The notes under the pieces were generated by a model that saw nothing but the letters and a program-made list of their open reading frames with translations, ran no database searches and was not told the DNA's origin. A DNA stretch of 63,252 nt, the filler included, from Chiloscyllium plagiosum (lineage: Eukaryota): the NCBI RefSeq assembly GCF_004010195.1. It is 4 parts of one record of this genome, joined end to end, with 100 filler letters (N's around TTAATTAATTAA, not from the genome) between each part and the next. Parts side by side here need not be neighbours in the genome. Positions count along the whole stretch, not along the records: positions 35,819 to 57,893 come from NC_057710.1; 3 more parts are not named here. One strand, given 5' to 3'. Positions within the stretch are counted from its first letter, which is position 1, and every line of letters begins with the position of its first letter. Shown here piece by piece: positions 35,819 through 49,927 of the stretch. The translations under genes were made by a program, and so were the position numbers.

Positions 35819-38185
35819 TTTTTTCTCTGCGTATTTCCTTCTTAGTAATCCTCTGTTGTTCTTTAAAAGCTTCCCAGTCCTCCGTTTTCCCACTTATCTT
35901 TTCTATGTTATACTTTTTCTCTTTTAACTTTATATGTTTCTTAACTTCCCTCATTAGCCACAGCCACCCATGCCTCCTCCTAGGATCTTTCTTCCTTTTT
36001 GGAATGAACTGATCCTGCAACTTCTGCATTAAACACAGAAATATCCGCCATTGTTCCTCCATGGTCATCCCTGCTAAGGTATTGCACCATTGATTTTGGC
36101 CAGCTCCTCCCTCATAGCTCCATCGTTTCCTTTATTCAACTGAAAAATTGTCACTTCCGATTGTACCCTCTCCCTCTCAAATTGCAGATTGAAGCTTATT
36201 GTATTATGGTCACTACTTCCCAATGGCTCCTTCACTTCGAGGTCCCTGACCAACTCTGGTTCGTTGCACAATACCAGTTCCAGAATTGCCTTCTCCCTGG
36301 TCGGCTCCAGCACCAGCTGTTCTAAGAATCCATCTCTGAGGCACTCCACAAAGTCTCCTTCTTGAGGTCCAATACCATCCTGATTCTCCCAGTCTACCTG
36401 CATGTTGAAATTCCCCATAACAACTGTAGTAACATCTTTGTGACAGGCCAATTTCAGCTTCTGATTTAACTTACATCCGAAATCCAGACTACTGTTTGGG
36501 TGCCTGTAGATAACTCCCAAGAGGGTCTTTTTACCCTTAGTATTTCGCAGCTCTATCCACACTGACTCTACATCCCCTGACTCTAGGTCCCCCCGCGCAA
36601 GGGACTGAATATCCTCCTTTACCAACAAGGCCACCCCACCCCCTCTGCCCGTCAGTCTGTCCTTACAAAAGCATGTGTAGCCTTGAATATTCATTTCCCA
36701 GGCCTTGTCCACTTGAAGCCACGTCTCAGTTATCCCCACAATATCGTATCTGCCAATTTCCAAAAGAGCCTCAAGCTCATCCATCTTATTTCTAATGTTT
36801 CGTGCATTCATGTGTAGTATTTTTAATTTGTTACTGCCCTCACCCTTCCCATCAACTCCTATTTCACTCAACCTTACACCATGATCCCTTTCTGAGATTT
36901 CTGCCTCATTGATACAGTTGACTTTCTTGACTTTCCTTGTTCTAACTTTCCCTCCAATTTCCTTCTTCAACATCCAGTTTGTCACTTCCCCCCGCTACTT
37001 AGTTTAAACGTAGCTGTGTTGCAGTAGCAAACCTGCCTGCCAGAATGCTGGTCCCTAACCGATTAAGGTGCAAACCGTCTTTGTAGAATTTATGCTTATC
37101 ACAAAACATACCCCAGTGATCCAAGAATTTAAATCCTTTCTTCCTGCACCAGTTCCCCAGCCATACGTTCAAGTCCATTATCTCCCTATTTCTGGCCTCA
37201 CCAGCCTGAGGAACTGGAAGCAAACCGGAGATAACCACCTTGGACGTCCTGCTTTTCAGCCTTCTTCCTAGTTCTCCGAAGTCCAGCTGTAGTATGTTCC
37301 TCCCCTTCTTCCCGACATCATTTGTGCCGACATGTACCACCACCTTCGTCCTTGAGGATTTCCTGCACTCTGTCTGTGATGTCTTTAACCCTGGCACCAG
37401 GAAGGCAACACACCATCCTTAAATCCCGTCTGCTGCCACAAAAACCCCGGTCAGTTCCTCTCGCTATGGAGTCCCCTATTACCACGGCTCTGTGAATGTC
37501 CGACTCTTACGCTCTGTCTCCACGCCAACATTTGATTGACAGACCTGGCCGCCTCGCAGACTGGCAGTGTCATCTGTCTCTACTGTTTCCAAAAGATTCA
37601 ACTTGTTCCTGACAGGTACTTGCCCCGGGGTCTCTTGCACCTGTCTCTTTTCTGCCTTCCTCATCGTCTGTTCTCTTCTGCTCTTCTCTGGTACGATTGG
37701 TGTAATAATCTCGCTGAAGGTCTTGTCAAGAAAGATCTTGTTCTCTCGGATGAACCTAAGGTCCTCGAGTTCTTTCATCAGTGCTGCAATATGCTCTCTG
37801 TCAGTAGCTGAATGTGCACACACTTTCCACACTTATACGAGCCAGAGTAGTTGACCTCCCACATCAAGCACGTAGCGCACTGAACCAGCTTGGCAGTCAC
37901 GTCTTCACCCTCTTTTGGCGTAATCACTTCACTCAACCTCCTTGTCAAAGACTCCTGAGTTAAAGCCTCACTCTTCAATCCACAGGAACTTCCTTGGACC
38001 CTCTTTTTGGGGCAAGTCTGTGGACTTTTAATTTAGGTTAGAGGAGGAGGGAGGGAGAGACGCCCTACTTTGTAGGACCTGGGGTCTAGAACACACCCAC
38101 TCAAATAACAATCACTTACCTTCCCGACCGGCTTTGCGCTCCGACTTCACTTCCGCCCAGCTCCCTCCGCTCTCTGATGCGAAAA
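35819..38185 (-). mobile_element. Young CR1 LINE 5' half (5' UTR, ORF1, ORF2 endonuclease)
   Basis: ORF1 QCATCLMWEV (Cys-rich), VVVHVGTNDV and DGLHLN (SGNH); ORF 36074-36985 APE (MNARNIRNK, GITETWL, VIYRHP, SDHN); few frameshifts; ends at a gap. Confidence 0.95.
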
Positions 38186-39227
38186 GCTACTTCTCACAAT
38201 ATTTTAAGTATATGCTGACCCAAAGATTGTTCAGTTTGAAAGCTGGCGCTGTGAGCTACATAATGTTGCACATGTTAGCTTCCTTTGAAAAATAAAGTAA
38301 TCTCTCAAATCAATGCTTTTTCTTCTCCATTTTTTTTGTAGCCGATTTGACTTTGAAGCAAATATTGCAAATACTGTCTGGTGCATGTTGTGCACTGTTC
38401 ACTTACAGAATTTTCTAATCAGACATGTTAAAGGGAGGCACGCTCACCCCAGTTTGCGATGCTTCATGGAGGACACTGCTCTTCTGATATTTCATTAAGT
38501 TTATGCAAAACCTGTAAGTTTATGCTAAGTTTGACAAATAGCATAGCCCTGTATTAACTTGTGGAGTTAATACACATTTAAGGTTACATTGACATTTCAT
38601 ACTTTAATAAAGCAAATGGATTATCTCATACACCATCCATTTAATCACCATTCCAGGTTGTAAAGCTCAAGATTCTCATTAGTCATGACACATCCCATGA
38701 AAGTTAGGATCAATGATGTTGCTCATGCTTGTAGCCCTTTTGCATTTCAAGTAGATTACTGATGTGGTGATAAATACAGCATTACTTGAAGGGTCATCTG
38801 CTCAGTTATATTGGTTTACTATAATTTGCTTTAACAGAATTTCTGATAACGGATTTTTATCTTGGCATCTATACAGGAATAATTCCACAAAATTAAACAC
38901 CAGGTGGAATGCAATTGGTGTAACCTACATTCTCATGATTGTTCACTCTTTTAAAAAAAAAGCTTGCAGATAAGAAAAAGACAGTGTTTCCACGCACCTG
39001 CAGGCCTCATCTTGCAGTGGCTCCAATTTGAAGGAGCTACTGAATAAGCTTCAATGATGTTTTTGCATTACATTATATTTTAAGTAAACACTGCAGCCAA
39101 CGAATACCAGAGTGGGTCTCTGGGCTACCACACCACTCATACAATGATCTAGTGTATAATATAGCAAAATGTGTCAAATTCCAGAAGCATAATCATGGGC
39201 ATAAAGTATTAATCAAGAAGATTGTGG

Positions 39228-40245
39228 TGTTCTGAATGTCACATTTTGGGAAAGCAAATCAAGGCAGGACTTATACACTTAATAACAAAGAACAAAGAAA
39301 GTTCTCAGCACAGGAATCGGCCCTTTGGCCCTCCAAGCCTGAGCCGATCCAAATGTACCGTTTAAACCTGTCAGTCAATTCCTAAGCATCTCTACTTCCT
39401 ACCTACTCATGCATTTATCCAGACACATCTTAAATGAATCTACCGTGCCTGCCTCTAACACCTCTGCTGGCAAGGCGTTCCAACCGCCTACCACCCTCTG
39501 TGTGAAGTACTTGCCGCGTGTATTTTAATGTTAAATCCTGGGGAGTGTTGCTAAACAAAGACACCTTGGAGTGCAGGTTCATAGCTCCTTGAAAGTGGAG
39601 TCGCAAGTAGATAGGATAGTGAAGGCGGCATTTCCTTTATTGGTCAGAGTATTGAGTACAGGAGTTGGGAGGTCATGTTGCAGCTGTATGGGACATTGGT
39701 TGGGCCACTGTTGGAATATTGCATGCAATTCTGGTCTTCTTCCTATCAGAAAGATGTTGTGAAACTTGAAAGGGTTCAGAAAAGATTCATAAGACTGTTG
39801 CCAGGGTTGGAGGGTTTGAGCTATAGGGAGAGGCTGAACAGGTTGGGGTTGTTTTCCCTGGAGCGTCTGAGGCTGAGGGGTGACCTTATAGAGTTTTATA
39901 AAATCATGAGGGGCATGGATAGGATAAATAGACAAAGTCTTTTCCCTGGGGTGGGGGGGGGTCTAGAACTAGAGAGCATAGGTTTAGAGTGAGAGGGAAA
40001 AGATATAAGGGGCAACTTTTTCATTCAGAGGGTGGTACGTGTATGGAATGAGCTGCCAGAGGAAGTGGTGGAGGCTGATACAATTGCAACATTTAAAAGG
40101 CACCTGGATTGGTATATGAATTGGAAGGGTTTGGAGGGATATGGGCCGGTGCTAGCAGATGGGACTAGATTGGGTTGGGACATCTGGTAGGTATGGACGA
40201 GTTGGACTGAAGGGTCTGTTTCCGTGCTGTACATCTCTATGACTC
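39228..40245 (+). mobile_element. CR1 3' portion with nested antisense CR1 tail (~39284-39522)
   Basis: LLEYCMQFWS, VQKRFIRLLPG and the CR1 3' UTR; inner reverse fragment begins aacaaagaacaaagaa. Confidence 0.85.
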
Positions 40246-40819
40246 GGTCAAATTTTCAGTGTTATTGTAGTTTCATTAATTGAGATTTAGACTTGTTGCA
40301 GGCAGTGGAGAGGGGTCAAATCAGTCACTTGTTGCAAAATACCAATCTGACATGCTTTATTGGCTACAGTATTCACAAGATTGGACCAGTTAAGTTCTTT
40401 GTCAACATTCACTCAGAATATTGGCAAGGAATTCAATGCTGGCATCGCTATTGAATTTCAAATGGTGGTGGTTAGACCCTGACTTGTTGGCGATTGTTGT
40501 TGCCTTGCAGTTGTTTTGGCACTTCTCACTATTAGTCCAAACTTGGCCATATCCAGGTCTTACATTAGTGCATAGGTACTTGAGACATTGAAAACTTCCA
40601 GTGCCATAAACATTGATCATCAGTAATCAGTTCCACATCTGAGCATATGATGCGTAATGGATTTGATGAAGCATGCGGAGGGTGACCAGTCACGGCATAT
40701 TACTGGGGGAATACTTAAAAACGTTCTAAAGATTGGATGAGGAGCTTCCAACATCCACAGCGATCATCCATATCTTACCTAGCCATTAGATAACATCTGA
40801 ATAGCAAAAAGGACCACAC

Positions 40820-41451
40820 AAATTAACAAATTTTATGTCATTTATTACTTTATATACAGCACTGTTGAAATTATTTATAAAAAAAACTTCTATAATGCAA
40901 TTTTGTCCAAAAACAAAAAAAAAGCTTTAACTGTGAATTTTCCAAGAGATTAACGTATTGTGTAAAACAGTTTGCCCCAAAGTTGAAAGATGATACTTTA
41001 GACAATAACAGCATTCAATGGTTTCAACATTGTTCAAACGTTTTAATGGTGACAGCTTGAATGCAAAAAAAAATGTTTTGTGTTATTTTCCCCTAGAATT
41101 AAATGACAGAAGTTGCAAAGAATAAATTTGTTACAATATACACCACTGGTCACTTGAAGTAATCCACCAGAACTCTGTAAGAAAATAACTTTGCTGCAGT
41201 TTTCCCTGGGATGTCACTAAACACTTGGTTCAGTCCTCTCACTACTGACCACTGAAAAGATTAGCACAGTGGATATATACTCAATTATTTTGCTGTCCAA
41301 ATCATAGTGCATAATGTTTCCTTAGCGTTGAATCATTTATGAAAGGAACTGCAGTTTAATTTGCTCTTGTGCAGTAACCCTCACATCTCGCAACTGATAA
41401 GATTCTTATTCACTGGTCATGGCATGTTGAGCCTCTCCAGAAACACAGTAT
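40820..41451 (-). other. PIK3C3: PIK3C3 3' UTR (end approximate)
   Basis: AT-rich, repeat-free stretch after the stop codon, ending at an AATAAA followed by a GU/U-rich tract. Confidence 0.7.
40841..40846 (-). terminator. Polyadenylation signal of PIK3C3
   Basis: tttatt on + (AATAAA on -), followed on the minus strand by tttgttaatttgtgtggtcctttttg. Confidence 0.7.
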
Positions 41452-41466
41452 TTATCTTCTCCAGTA
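41452..41466 (-). CDS. PIK3C3: PIK3C3/Vps34 terminal coding segment (YWRR-stop)
   Basis: Minus strand ccttttctttttag|TAC TGG AGA AGA TAA, giving ...HKFAQ-YWRR*, equivalent to the conserved Vps34 ending YWRK*. Last intron is 491 nt. Confidence 0.95.
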   Translation of the reverse strand, partial: YWRR

Positions 41467-41945
41467 CTAAAAAGAAAAGGAAGAGTTGAATGCTATATCA
41501 TCTAGAAATTCGCAACCTGTTTGCTGATTTATAATCACCTTTCTTATAGCTATAGTAAAATCTGAAAATGTTGTAAATTATTCCTTATTGCACAGCTGTG
41601 CTCACTGTATACACTAATATCGAGACTGTGTTTTACTTGAAATATGTCAAAAGTGATATGGAAAATGATGAGAATCTGGATTAAAGTCAATACATAGCTG
41701 CAACTGCAAAAAAACTAAATGAGTTGACATTGAAACATTTCAGATGCCAGAAACAGACCAATTTCTGTGAATTTATAAGATGAGATTTCAAAATAGCAAG
41801 TTCACAAAAACATTACCTTAAAGATGGAAGAATGGGAAGTCTGATAATTGACAATTTTTTACATGTTCCTAGATTAGCTTGAATGAAGTTTTTGCTAACT
41901 ACATTAAGAGTTAAAAACTTTAAGTAAAAAAAAATGCAAATTTTA

Positions 41946-42104
<159 letters not shown>

Positions 42105-44299
42105 TTAAATAAATATACAAACAAATTCACAACTTGTATCAATAATTTTTAAACTTATAGTTTTCCTAACTGCAGATTAGGATAATTTAAATACAAAGAT
42201 GTCTAGTACTCTTTATTTGGGGGAATGAAGAACTCCAGTTACTACTAGGGTTGTGTTTTCTCTGAAACATCAAATAATTGCACTACTGTAACACTGGAAA
42301 ATTGTTCATTAGCAAGATAAAAAAAATAGCTATTACTTTTTTCCAACAACTAACACTGCTAATGATTAACAAGGCACAAAAATTATAAATAAAGATATTT
42401 TAAAAAGACTTAATGGTTGCACAAACAATTATTATGATGCCAATGAGACGTAGTCTACTATAGTCACCTTCTATTAGTGCTAGAAAGCTTTGATATTTCA
42501 CAGTTGAATGAATTGAACAATGATGTTATCTCACATACAAGAAAATATTTAATTTATAAAACTCTACGTAAGAGTTTGCCTTTTAAAGTTTGCTTATAGC
42601 ATGGGGAAGTTCACTTTTCAATCTTTACTTGTGTCTGCAAGTAGACCCTAAAGCGGTATACATGAGCATTAAGGGCAATGACATGCAAAATAATCGATCT
42701 CAGCCAGAATAGAATGTTCCGAGGAACACCTCGGATAGAATCAAAAATTAGCTCTTAAAAACTTCCTTTTGCCCTAACATAACCAGGTAGCATGCTTTTC
42801 ACTTTAAGCATCCTAAAGAGAAGGCCACAGTTGAAAAGCGATAGTGCTTTTTTAAAAGTTTTATTCTGTAATCTAAAATTACGTATGGTTTCAAAAAAGC
42901 ATCTTTGAATCTTTTATATACACTTTACACCTACAAACATTGTATGTTACAGGTTTTCCTTTTATCCCAGTTATGCTGACCAAAAAAAAAATCAAAATTT
43001 TGATTCATTGTCTACACTTCATTACCATACTAGCACTTCTGGTATTCCATTTTTCATTCAGCTCATCTAATTCACTGCTTAAAAATTTTAACATGCCAGA
43101 TGTCTGTACTAGACTAATCAAAGTATCCTGGTACAGTGATTAACTCTTACATCTGTCCTACCACATAAACAGAGTTTAATCAGAATTTCTCACTATGAAC
43201 AACATGAAGGTCACCTTCACTTGTACAAGCACTTAAGCATAAAATGTTACACAATTTAAACAAAACAAAAATCATTTCAAGTTGAATATGGAATCTTTTG
43301 TCCTCAACAATGTTGGTATCCAGCACCCATTTATACACAGTGACCAAAACTGTCAAGTGGATGATCATCTTGGCCTCTTCCTGAGGTTCTTCAAAATAGC
43401 ATCAGTGGGGCTTGGAGGAGGAAGGCGGCTTCAGTCGCAATGGTGATAGGGGACCGGCAGTGAGTCAGCTGCGATAACAGTGGCTGTGCACATATGGTGG
43501 CCGCAAAGTGGAGGCGATCCCATGGCAAGTTGGAAAAGCTCATAAAGACACTGAAGGCGATGATTGTTGTGAGGCATAACAAGGAGGAAAGGTGATGAAC
43601 TCTTTTGCTTTATTTTTTGGTGTTATATCCTGTATCTTGCTAAAATCTGTGTTTTAAGACGGCACCAGACAGCGGTGACACCAAACAACACGTTCCACTG
43701 TATTTGCAATACACGTGACAGTAAGTAAATGAATACCAATGAATCGATAGACACCTGTCAGTATCAAGATAACTTGGTGCATTATTCCACATGTTGTTAA
43801 GCAACATTTGGGTATATGAACACTGCAAAAGTCAAAGGCTCTACCAAAATCTCATTGTAGCACTAAAGACCTGTATGCCAGATCTGGCAACCTCTGATCT
43901 AAAGTGCTCCAATGCAACTAGGACAGTACCCAATGTAATAAAATATTATTTAGCATTTATCCTGACCGTAAAAACAAGCTAGCCAGAATCATTTACCACC
44001 CTTTCAATCATTTACAAAAGTTGTCATCAATACTGCCAAATTCAGCCCACTCAAACATTTAAGTACAGGTTCCAACCTCATTTGTAGCCTTAATTCAGAA
44101 ATAATTCAGGAGTAACAATAGGAGCCACCTTTGATGTCCAACTATCAAACGGTTTAAGCTAGGATCAAAGAAGCACCAACAATTGTGAGGTCTGGTGGTT
44201 GACTGGGAGGCAGTGGTTCAAACAGAAAGGTTACTCCAGTTCGTTTAGTTAATGCTGACATAGAATATAGACAAGACTGTCGAAAACCTAGATCACCAC

Positions 44300-46961
44300 A
44301 ACCAGGCCAGGTGTTAGAATTAGAGGTAGGTGAGCACTTTGGGGATAGTGACCATAATTCGGTGATTTTTCTCGTGATGATGGAGAGGGATAAGTGTGTA
44401 CTACAGGGCAAGAGTTATAGCTGGGGTCAGGGAAATTATGATGCGGTGAGGAATGACTTAGGATGTGTGGCTTGGAAAAGTAGACTCCAAGGCAAGAGTG
44501 TAAATGATATGTGGAGCTTGTTCAAGGAGCAACTATTGAGTGTCCTTGATAATTATGTACCTGTCAGGCAGGGAGGAAAGGGTCGTGCGAGGGAGCCGTG
44601 GTTTAATAAGGAATTGGAATCCCTTGTTAAATGGAAGAGGGCGGCCTATCTCAAGATGAGACGTGAAGGTTCAATTGGGGCGATTGAGAGTTATAGGGTA
44701 GCCAGGAAGGACCTGAAGAGAGAGCTAAGAGCAGCAAGGAGGGGACATGAAAGGTCCTAAGTCGGTAGGATTAGGGAAAACCCTAAGGCTTTCTATAGGT
44801 ATGATAGGAATAAAAGAATGACTAGGGTAGGAATAGGTCCAGTCAAGGATAGTAGTGGGAAGTTGCGTGTGGAGGCGGAAGAGATTGGGGAGACACTGAA
44901 TGAATACTTTTCTTCAGTATTCACTCAGGAACAGGGCATTGTTGGCGGTGAGAATACTGAGGCACAAATAAGTAGAATGGATGGCTTTGAGGTATGTAGA
45001 GAAGAGGTGTTGGAAATCCTGGAAAAGGTGAAAATAGATAAGTCCCCTGGGCCTGATGGCATTTATCCTAGGATTCTCTGGGAAGCAAGGGAGGAGATTG
45101 CAGAGCCATTGGCCTTAATTTTTATGTCCTCTTTGTCTACAGGAGTAGTCCCAGAAGACTGGAGGATAGCAAATGTGGTCCCCTTGTTCAAAAAGGGGAG
45201 TAGGGATAGCCCTAGTAACTATAGGCCGGTGAGTCTCACTTCTGTTGTGGGCAAAGTCTTAGAGAGAATTGTAAGGGATAGGATTTATGCACATCTAGAT
45301 AGGAATAATGTGATCAAGGATAGTCAGCATGGTTTTGTGAAGGGCAAGTCGTGCCTCACAAACCTTATTGAATTCTTTGAAAAGGTGACGAAGGAGGTTG
45401 ATGAAGGGAAAGCGGTAGATGTGGTATATATGGATTTTAGTAAGGCGTTTGATAAGGTTCCCCATGGTAGGCGACTGCAGAAAATACGGAGATATGGCAT
45501 TGAGGGTGAGTTGGAGGTTTGGATTAGGAATTGGCTATATGGAAGAAGACAGAGGGTAGTAGTTGATGGCAAAGTTTCTTCATGGAGTGCCGTCACTAGC
45601 GGTGTTCCGCAAGGATCTGTTTTGGGACCATTGCTGTTTGTCATTTTTATAAATGACCTGGAAGAGGGGTTAGAAGGTTGGGTAAGCAAGTTTGCGGATG
45701 ATACGAAAGTCGGAGGAGTTATTGACAGTGAGGAAGGATGTGGCAGGTTACAGCAAGATATAGAGAAGCTGCAGAGCTGGGCAGAAAGGTGGCAAATGGA
45801 ATTCAATGTAGCTAAGTGTGAGGTGATTCACTTTGGGAAGAATAACAAAAAGATGGGGTACGGGGCTAATGGTCGGATACTTGGTAGTGTGGATGAGCAG
45901 AGGGATCTTGGTGTCCATGTACACAGATCTCTGAAAGTTGCCACCCAGGTAAATAGTGCGGTGAGGAAGGCATATGGCGTACTGGCTTTTATCGGTAGAG
46001 GAATTGAGTTCCGGAGTCCGGAGGTCATGATGCAGTTGTATAAGACTCTGGTACGACCGCATCTGGAATATTGTGTGCAGTTTTGGTCGCCATACTATAG
46101 GAAGGATGTGGAGGCACTGGAACGGGTGCAGAGGAGGTTTACCAGGATGTTGCCTGGTATGGAAGAAAAATCGTATGAGGAAAGACTGAGGCACTTGGGG
46201 CTGTTTTCACTAGAGAAAAGAAGGTTTACGGGTGACTTGATTGAGGTGTACAAGATGATTAGGGGGTTAGATAGGGTCAACAGTATGAACCTTTTCCCGC
46301 GTATTGAGGCGGGTATTACAAGGGGGCATAGCTTTAAACGAAGGGGGGGTAGATATAGGACTGAAGTTACGGGTAGGTTCTTCACTCAGCGAGTCGTAAG
46401 TTCATCGAATGCCCTGCCAGTACTGTGGTCATGTTGCAGTTGTATAAGACTCTGGAGTATTGTGTGCAGTTTTGGTCGTCATATTATAGGAAGGATGTGG
46501 AGGCACTGGAACGGGTGCAGAGGAGGTTTACCAGGATGTTGCCTGGTATGGTAGGAAGATCGTATGAGGAAAGGCTGAGGCACTTGGGGCTGTTTTCATT
46601 GGAGAAAAGAAGGTTTAGGGGTGACTTGATTGAGGTGTATAAGATGATTAGGGGGTTAGATAGGGTTGACAGTGTGAACCTTTTCCCGCGTATGGAGTCG
46701 GGTATTACAAGGGGGCATAGCTTTAAATTAAGGGGGGGTAGATATAGGACTGAAGTTAGGGGTAGGTTCTTCACTCAGCGAGTCGTAAGTTCATGGAATG
46801 CCCTGCCAGCAGCAGTGGTGGACTCTCCCTCTTTATGGGCATTTAAGCGGGCATTGGATAGGTATATGGAGGATAGTGGGTTAGTATAGGTTAGGTGGGC
46901 TTGGATCGGCGCAACATCGAGGGCCAAAGGGCCTGTACTGCGCTGTATTCTTCTATGTTCT
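44300..46961 (+). mobile_element. Young 5'-truncated CR1 LINE in PIK3C3 intron (antisense to gene)
   Basis: ORF 44311-44760 then ORF 44818-46554 with complete RT motifs ([36 protein letters not shown]); 3' part duplicated; (ttctatg) tail. Confidence 0.97.
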
Positions 46962-47104
46962 AACCTAAAGGATATCACTGAAATGTTCCAGGAAAGCATC
47001 CTCAGCCATTTCTATGAATGGTCAATTGTTACGACACTGAATCCTTTTGTTAATTAAACCAAACACCCAGAAAAGCTCCCCTTGTCTCGTGATCCTTTTT
47101 TTAA

Positions 47105-47410
47105 GATTCCCCACAGTGTGGAAACAGGCTCTTTGGCCCAACCAGTCCATACCGACCCTCCGAAGAGTAACCCACCCAGACCCATTTCCCTCTGACTAAT
47201 GCACCTAGCACTATGGACAATTTAGCATGGCCAGTTCACCTAACCTACACATCTTTGGACTGTGGGAGGAAACCGGAGCACCTGGAGGAAACCCACGCAG
47301 ACACGGGAAGAATGTGCAAACTCCACACAGACAGTCGCCAGAGGCTGGAATCGAACCTGGGACCCTGGTGTTGTGAGGCAGCAGTGCTAACCACTGAGCC
47401 ACTGTGCCAC
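47105..47410 (-). mobile_element. HE1/V-SINE-like SINE
   Basis: Reverse complement of the family at 9685-9970, including head gtggcacagtggctcagtggttagc. Confidence 0.88.
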
Positions 47411-49927
47411 TATTAGAATATGAGTGACAGAGAACAGTCGGAGTGGATCGAGCTCAGTCGGAGCGGATCGAGCTCAGTGCAGCGGCAACAAGATCAGTCA
47501 GAGCGGGAGAGGATCGGATCGAACTCAGTCAGAGCGGATCGAGCCTTCAGTGAATTCAGAGCTGGACCTCCTGTAATGATATCAGGGCAGATTTAAGCAC
47601 TGAGAGAAAAGTAAAGGAGACAGACAAGAGTGTAAAGTCCTTTTTTGTCGTTTCTTGTTTATTAGATGGGGAGAGTCATTATGCGTGAGTGAAAAGGAAA
47701 TCCGATTTGATGAGTAGTGGGCAAGGTTGAGTGATTGGTTCCGAGTTTATTGTTTGCAGTTGATGCAGTTTACGATGGCAGGAAAGCTCAGCCCTGTGGT
47801 ATGCTCCTCCTGCACTATGTGGGAACATCAGGGACATGTTAAGTATCCATGGTGACCACATTTGCAGGAAGTGCATTCAGCTGCAACTCCTGATGGACCA
47901 CATGCAGCAGCTGAATCTGCAGATGGACTCACTGTAGAACACCATGAGGCTGAGAACATCATGGATAACATGCTTAGTGAGCTGGTTATACTACAAGTAA
48001 GGCCTACACAGGCAGAAAGGTGTTGGGTGACCAGCTGGAAGACTAGCAAACACGGGCAGGTTGCGCAGGAATGCTCTGTGGGGTGGGGGGGTTGTTGTTG
48101 TTGTTGTTGCTTGGGGAGAGTATTGGTCACTGAGGGAAGCAGCAACATCCAAGTTTGTGGTGCCACAATTGGCACTGCTGCACAACAGGGAGGAGAAAGA
48201 CTGGGAGGGCTTTAGTGATGGGGGATTCAATTGTAAGGGGAACTGACAGGCGGTTCTATGGCAGCAAACAAGCCTCTTGAATGGTATGTTGCTTCCCTGC
48301 TGCCAGGGTCAGGGATGTCTGGGTTGCTGCAAGACGTTCTGAAGTGTTTTTTTTGGGGGGGTGCATATGTGAACAGACAGCAGTCATAGAGATGCACAGC
48401 ACAGAAACAGATCCTTCGGTCCAAATCATCCATGCCGATCAGATATCCTAACCTAATTTAGTCCCATTTGCCAGCAGTTGGACCATATCCCTCTAAACCC
48501 TTCTCATTCATATACACATCCAGATGTCTTTTAAAGGCTGTAATTGTACCAGCCTCCATCACTTCCTCTGGCAGCTCATTCCATACATGCACCAGCCTCT
48601 TTGTGAAGAAGCTCCCCATAAGTCCTTTTTATATCTTTCCCCGTCACTCTAAACCTATGCCCTCTCGTTCCAGACTCCCCCACCCCAGGGAAAAGACTTT
48701 GTCTATTTACCTATCTATGTCCCTCATGATTTTATAAACCTCTATCAGGTCACCCCTCAGTCTCTGACACTCCAGGGAAAACAGCCCAAGCCTATTCAAC
48801 CTCTCCCTATTAGATCAAAACCACCAACCCTGGCAACATCCATATAAATCTTTTCTGAACCCTTTCAAGTTTCACAACATCCTTCGTATTTCCTTTTGGT
48901 ATCAATAACATGGTTTAAAAAAAAGAAATAAGGTCCTGCAACAGGAATTGAGAGAGTCAGGTAACAGATAAGAGAGGAAGACTAAAGCTGTAATCTCCAT
49001 GTTACATCTAGAGCCATGCACGGAGTACAGGGATAGGAAGATACATTAGATGAACGCATGGATAAAGGGAAAGGTGGGAAGGCTTTACAGTTTTGGATCA
49101 TTTGAACAACATCTGGGGTAGTTGGGACCTATACATGCTGGACAGGTTGTATCTAAATGGGAAGGAGTCCAATATTCATGCTGAGAGGTCCTCCTCTCCT
49201 GATAGGGAGGTTTAAACTGATTTGGCAGGTACACAGTAGATGTAAATCAGGAGCAGGATCCAATCAGATACTGAAGTCGGTGGAGAAGACATCGTCATAG
49301 CAGCAGTCCAGAAAACCAAACTGCAACTATTTTAATGCAAGAAGCTTGACTGGTAAAGTGGAATAACTAAGAGCATAATCAGCACATGGGAATATGGTAT
49401 TGTTGCAATCACTGAGACATGGTTGAAGGAAAAGCTGGCCTAGCAGCTCAACATTCCAGGGTATAGAAGCTTTAGAAGTGATAGGGAAGGAGTAAGAGAG
49501 GCCAGCATTGCATTATCGATAAAGGAAACCATCACTGCAGTAATAAGAGAGACATCCTAGAAGGGGCTTCAAATTAGGCCACCTGGGTAGAGCTCAGAAA
49601 TTAAAAAGGGGTGATTACCTTGTTTGGATTATACTACAGGCCTCCCAAACGTCACTGGGGACAGAGGAGTAGATATGTAAATCACACAACGGTGCGAGAG
49701 AAACAGGGTTAGAGTTGTAAGGGATTTCAACTTTGTTAACGCCCCATACAGGTGGCATGGTGGCTCAGTGCCAGGTTCCATTCCAACCTCGACTTCAGTA
49801 AGGCTTTGATAAGGGCTAGTCCATACAGGTGGGATCCAAGTTGGTAAACTGGTTCCAAAATTGACTTACAAATATGAGGCAAAAGCAGCTGATGGTTTTA
49901 TGATTGGAAGCTTGTGACCTACAGTGT

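Noticed and set aside
41407..41465. Alternative frame of the last exon (TGEDKYCVSGEAQHAMTSE*)
   Set aside because: Phase of the upstream exon gives YWRR*, the conserved Vps34 end.
44818..46554. 578-aa ORF as a host gene
   Set aside because: CR1 ORF2 reverse transcriptase; 5'-truncated with a rearranged C-terminus.
47436..47545. ~20-bp repeats resembling a CRISPR array
   Set aside because: No unique spacers, eukaryotic context; tandem repeats at a CR1 5' end.
47828..48215. ORFs with poly-Q / poly-C tract
   Set aside because: (ttg)n microsatellite inside decayed CR1 ORF1.
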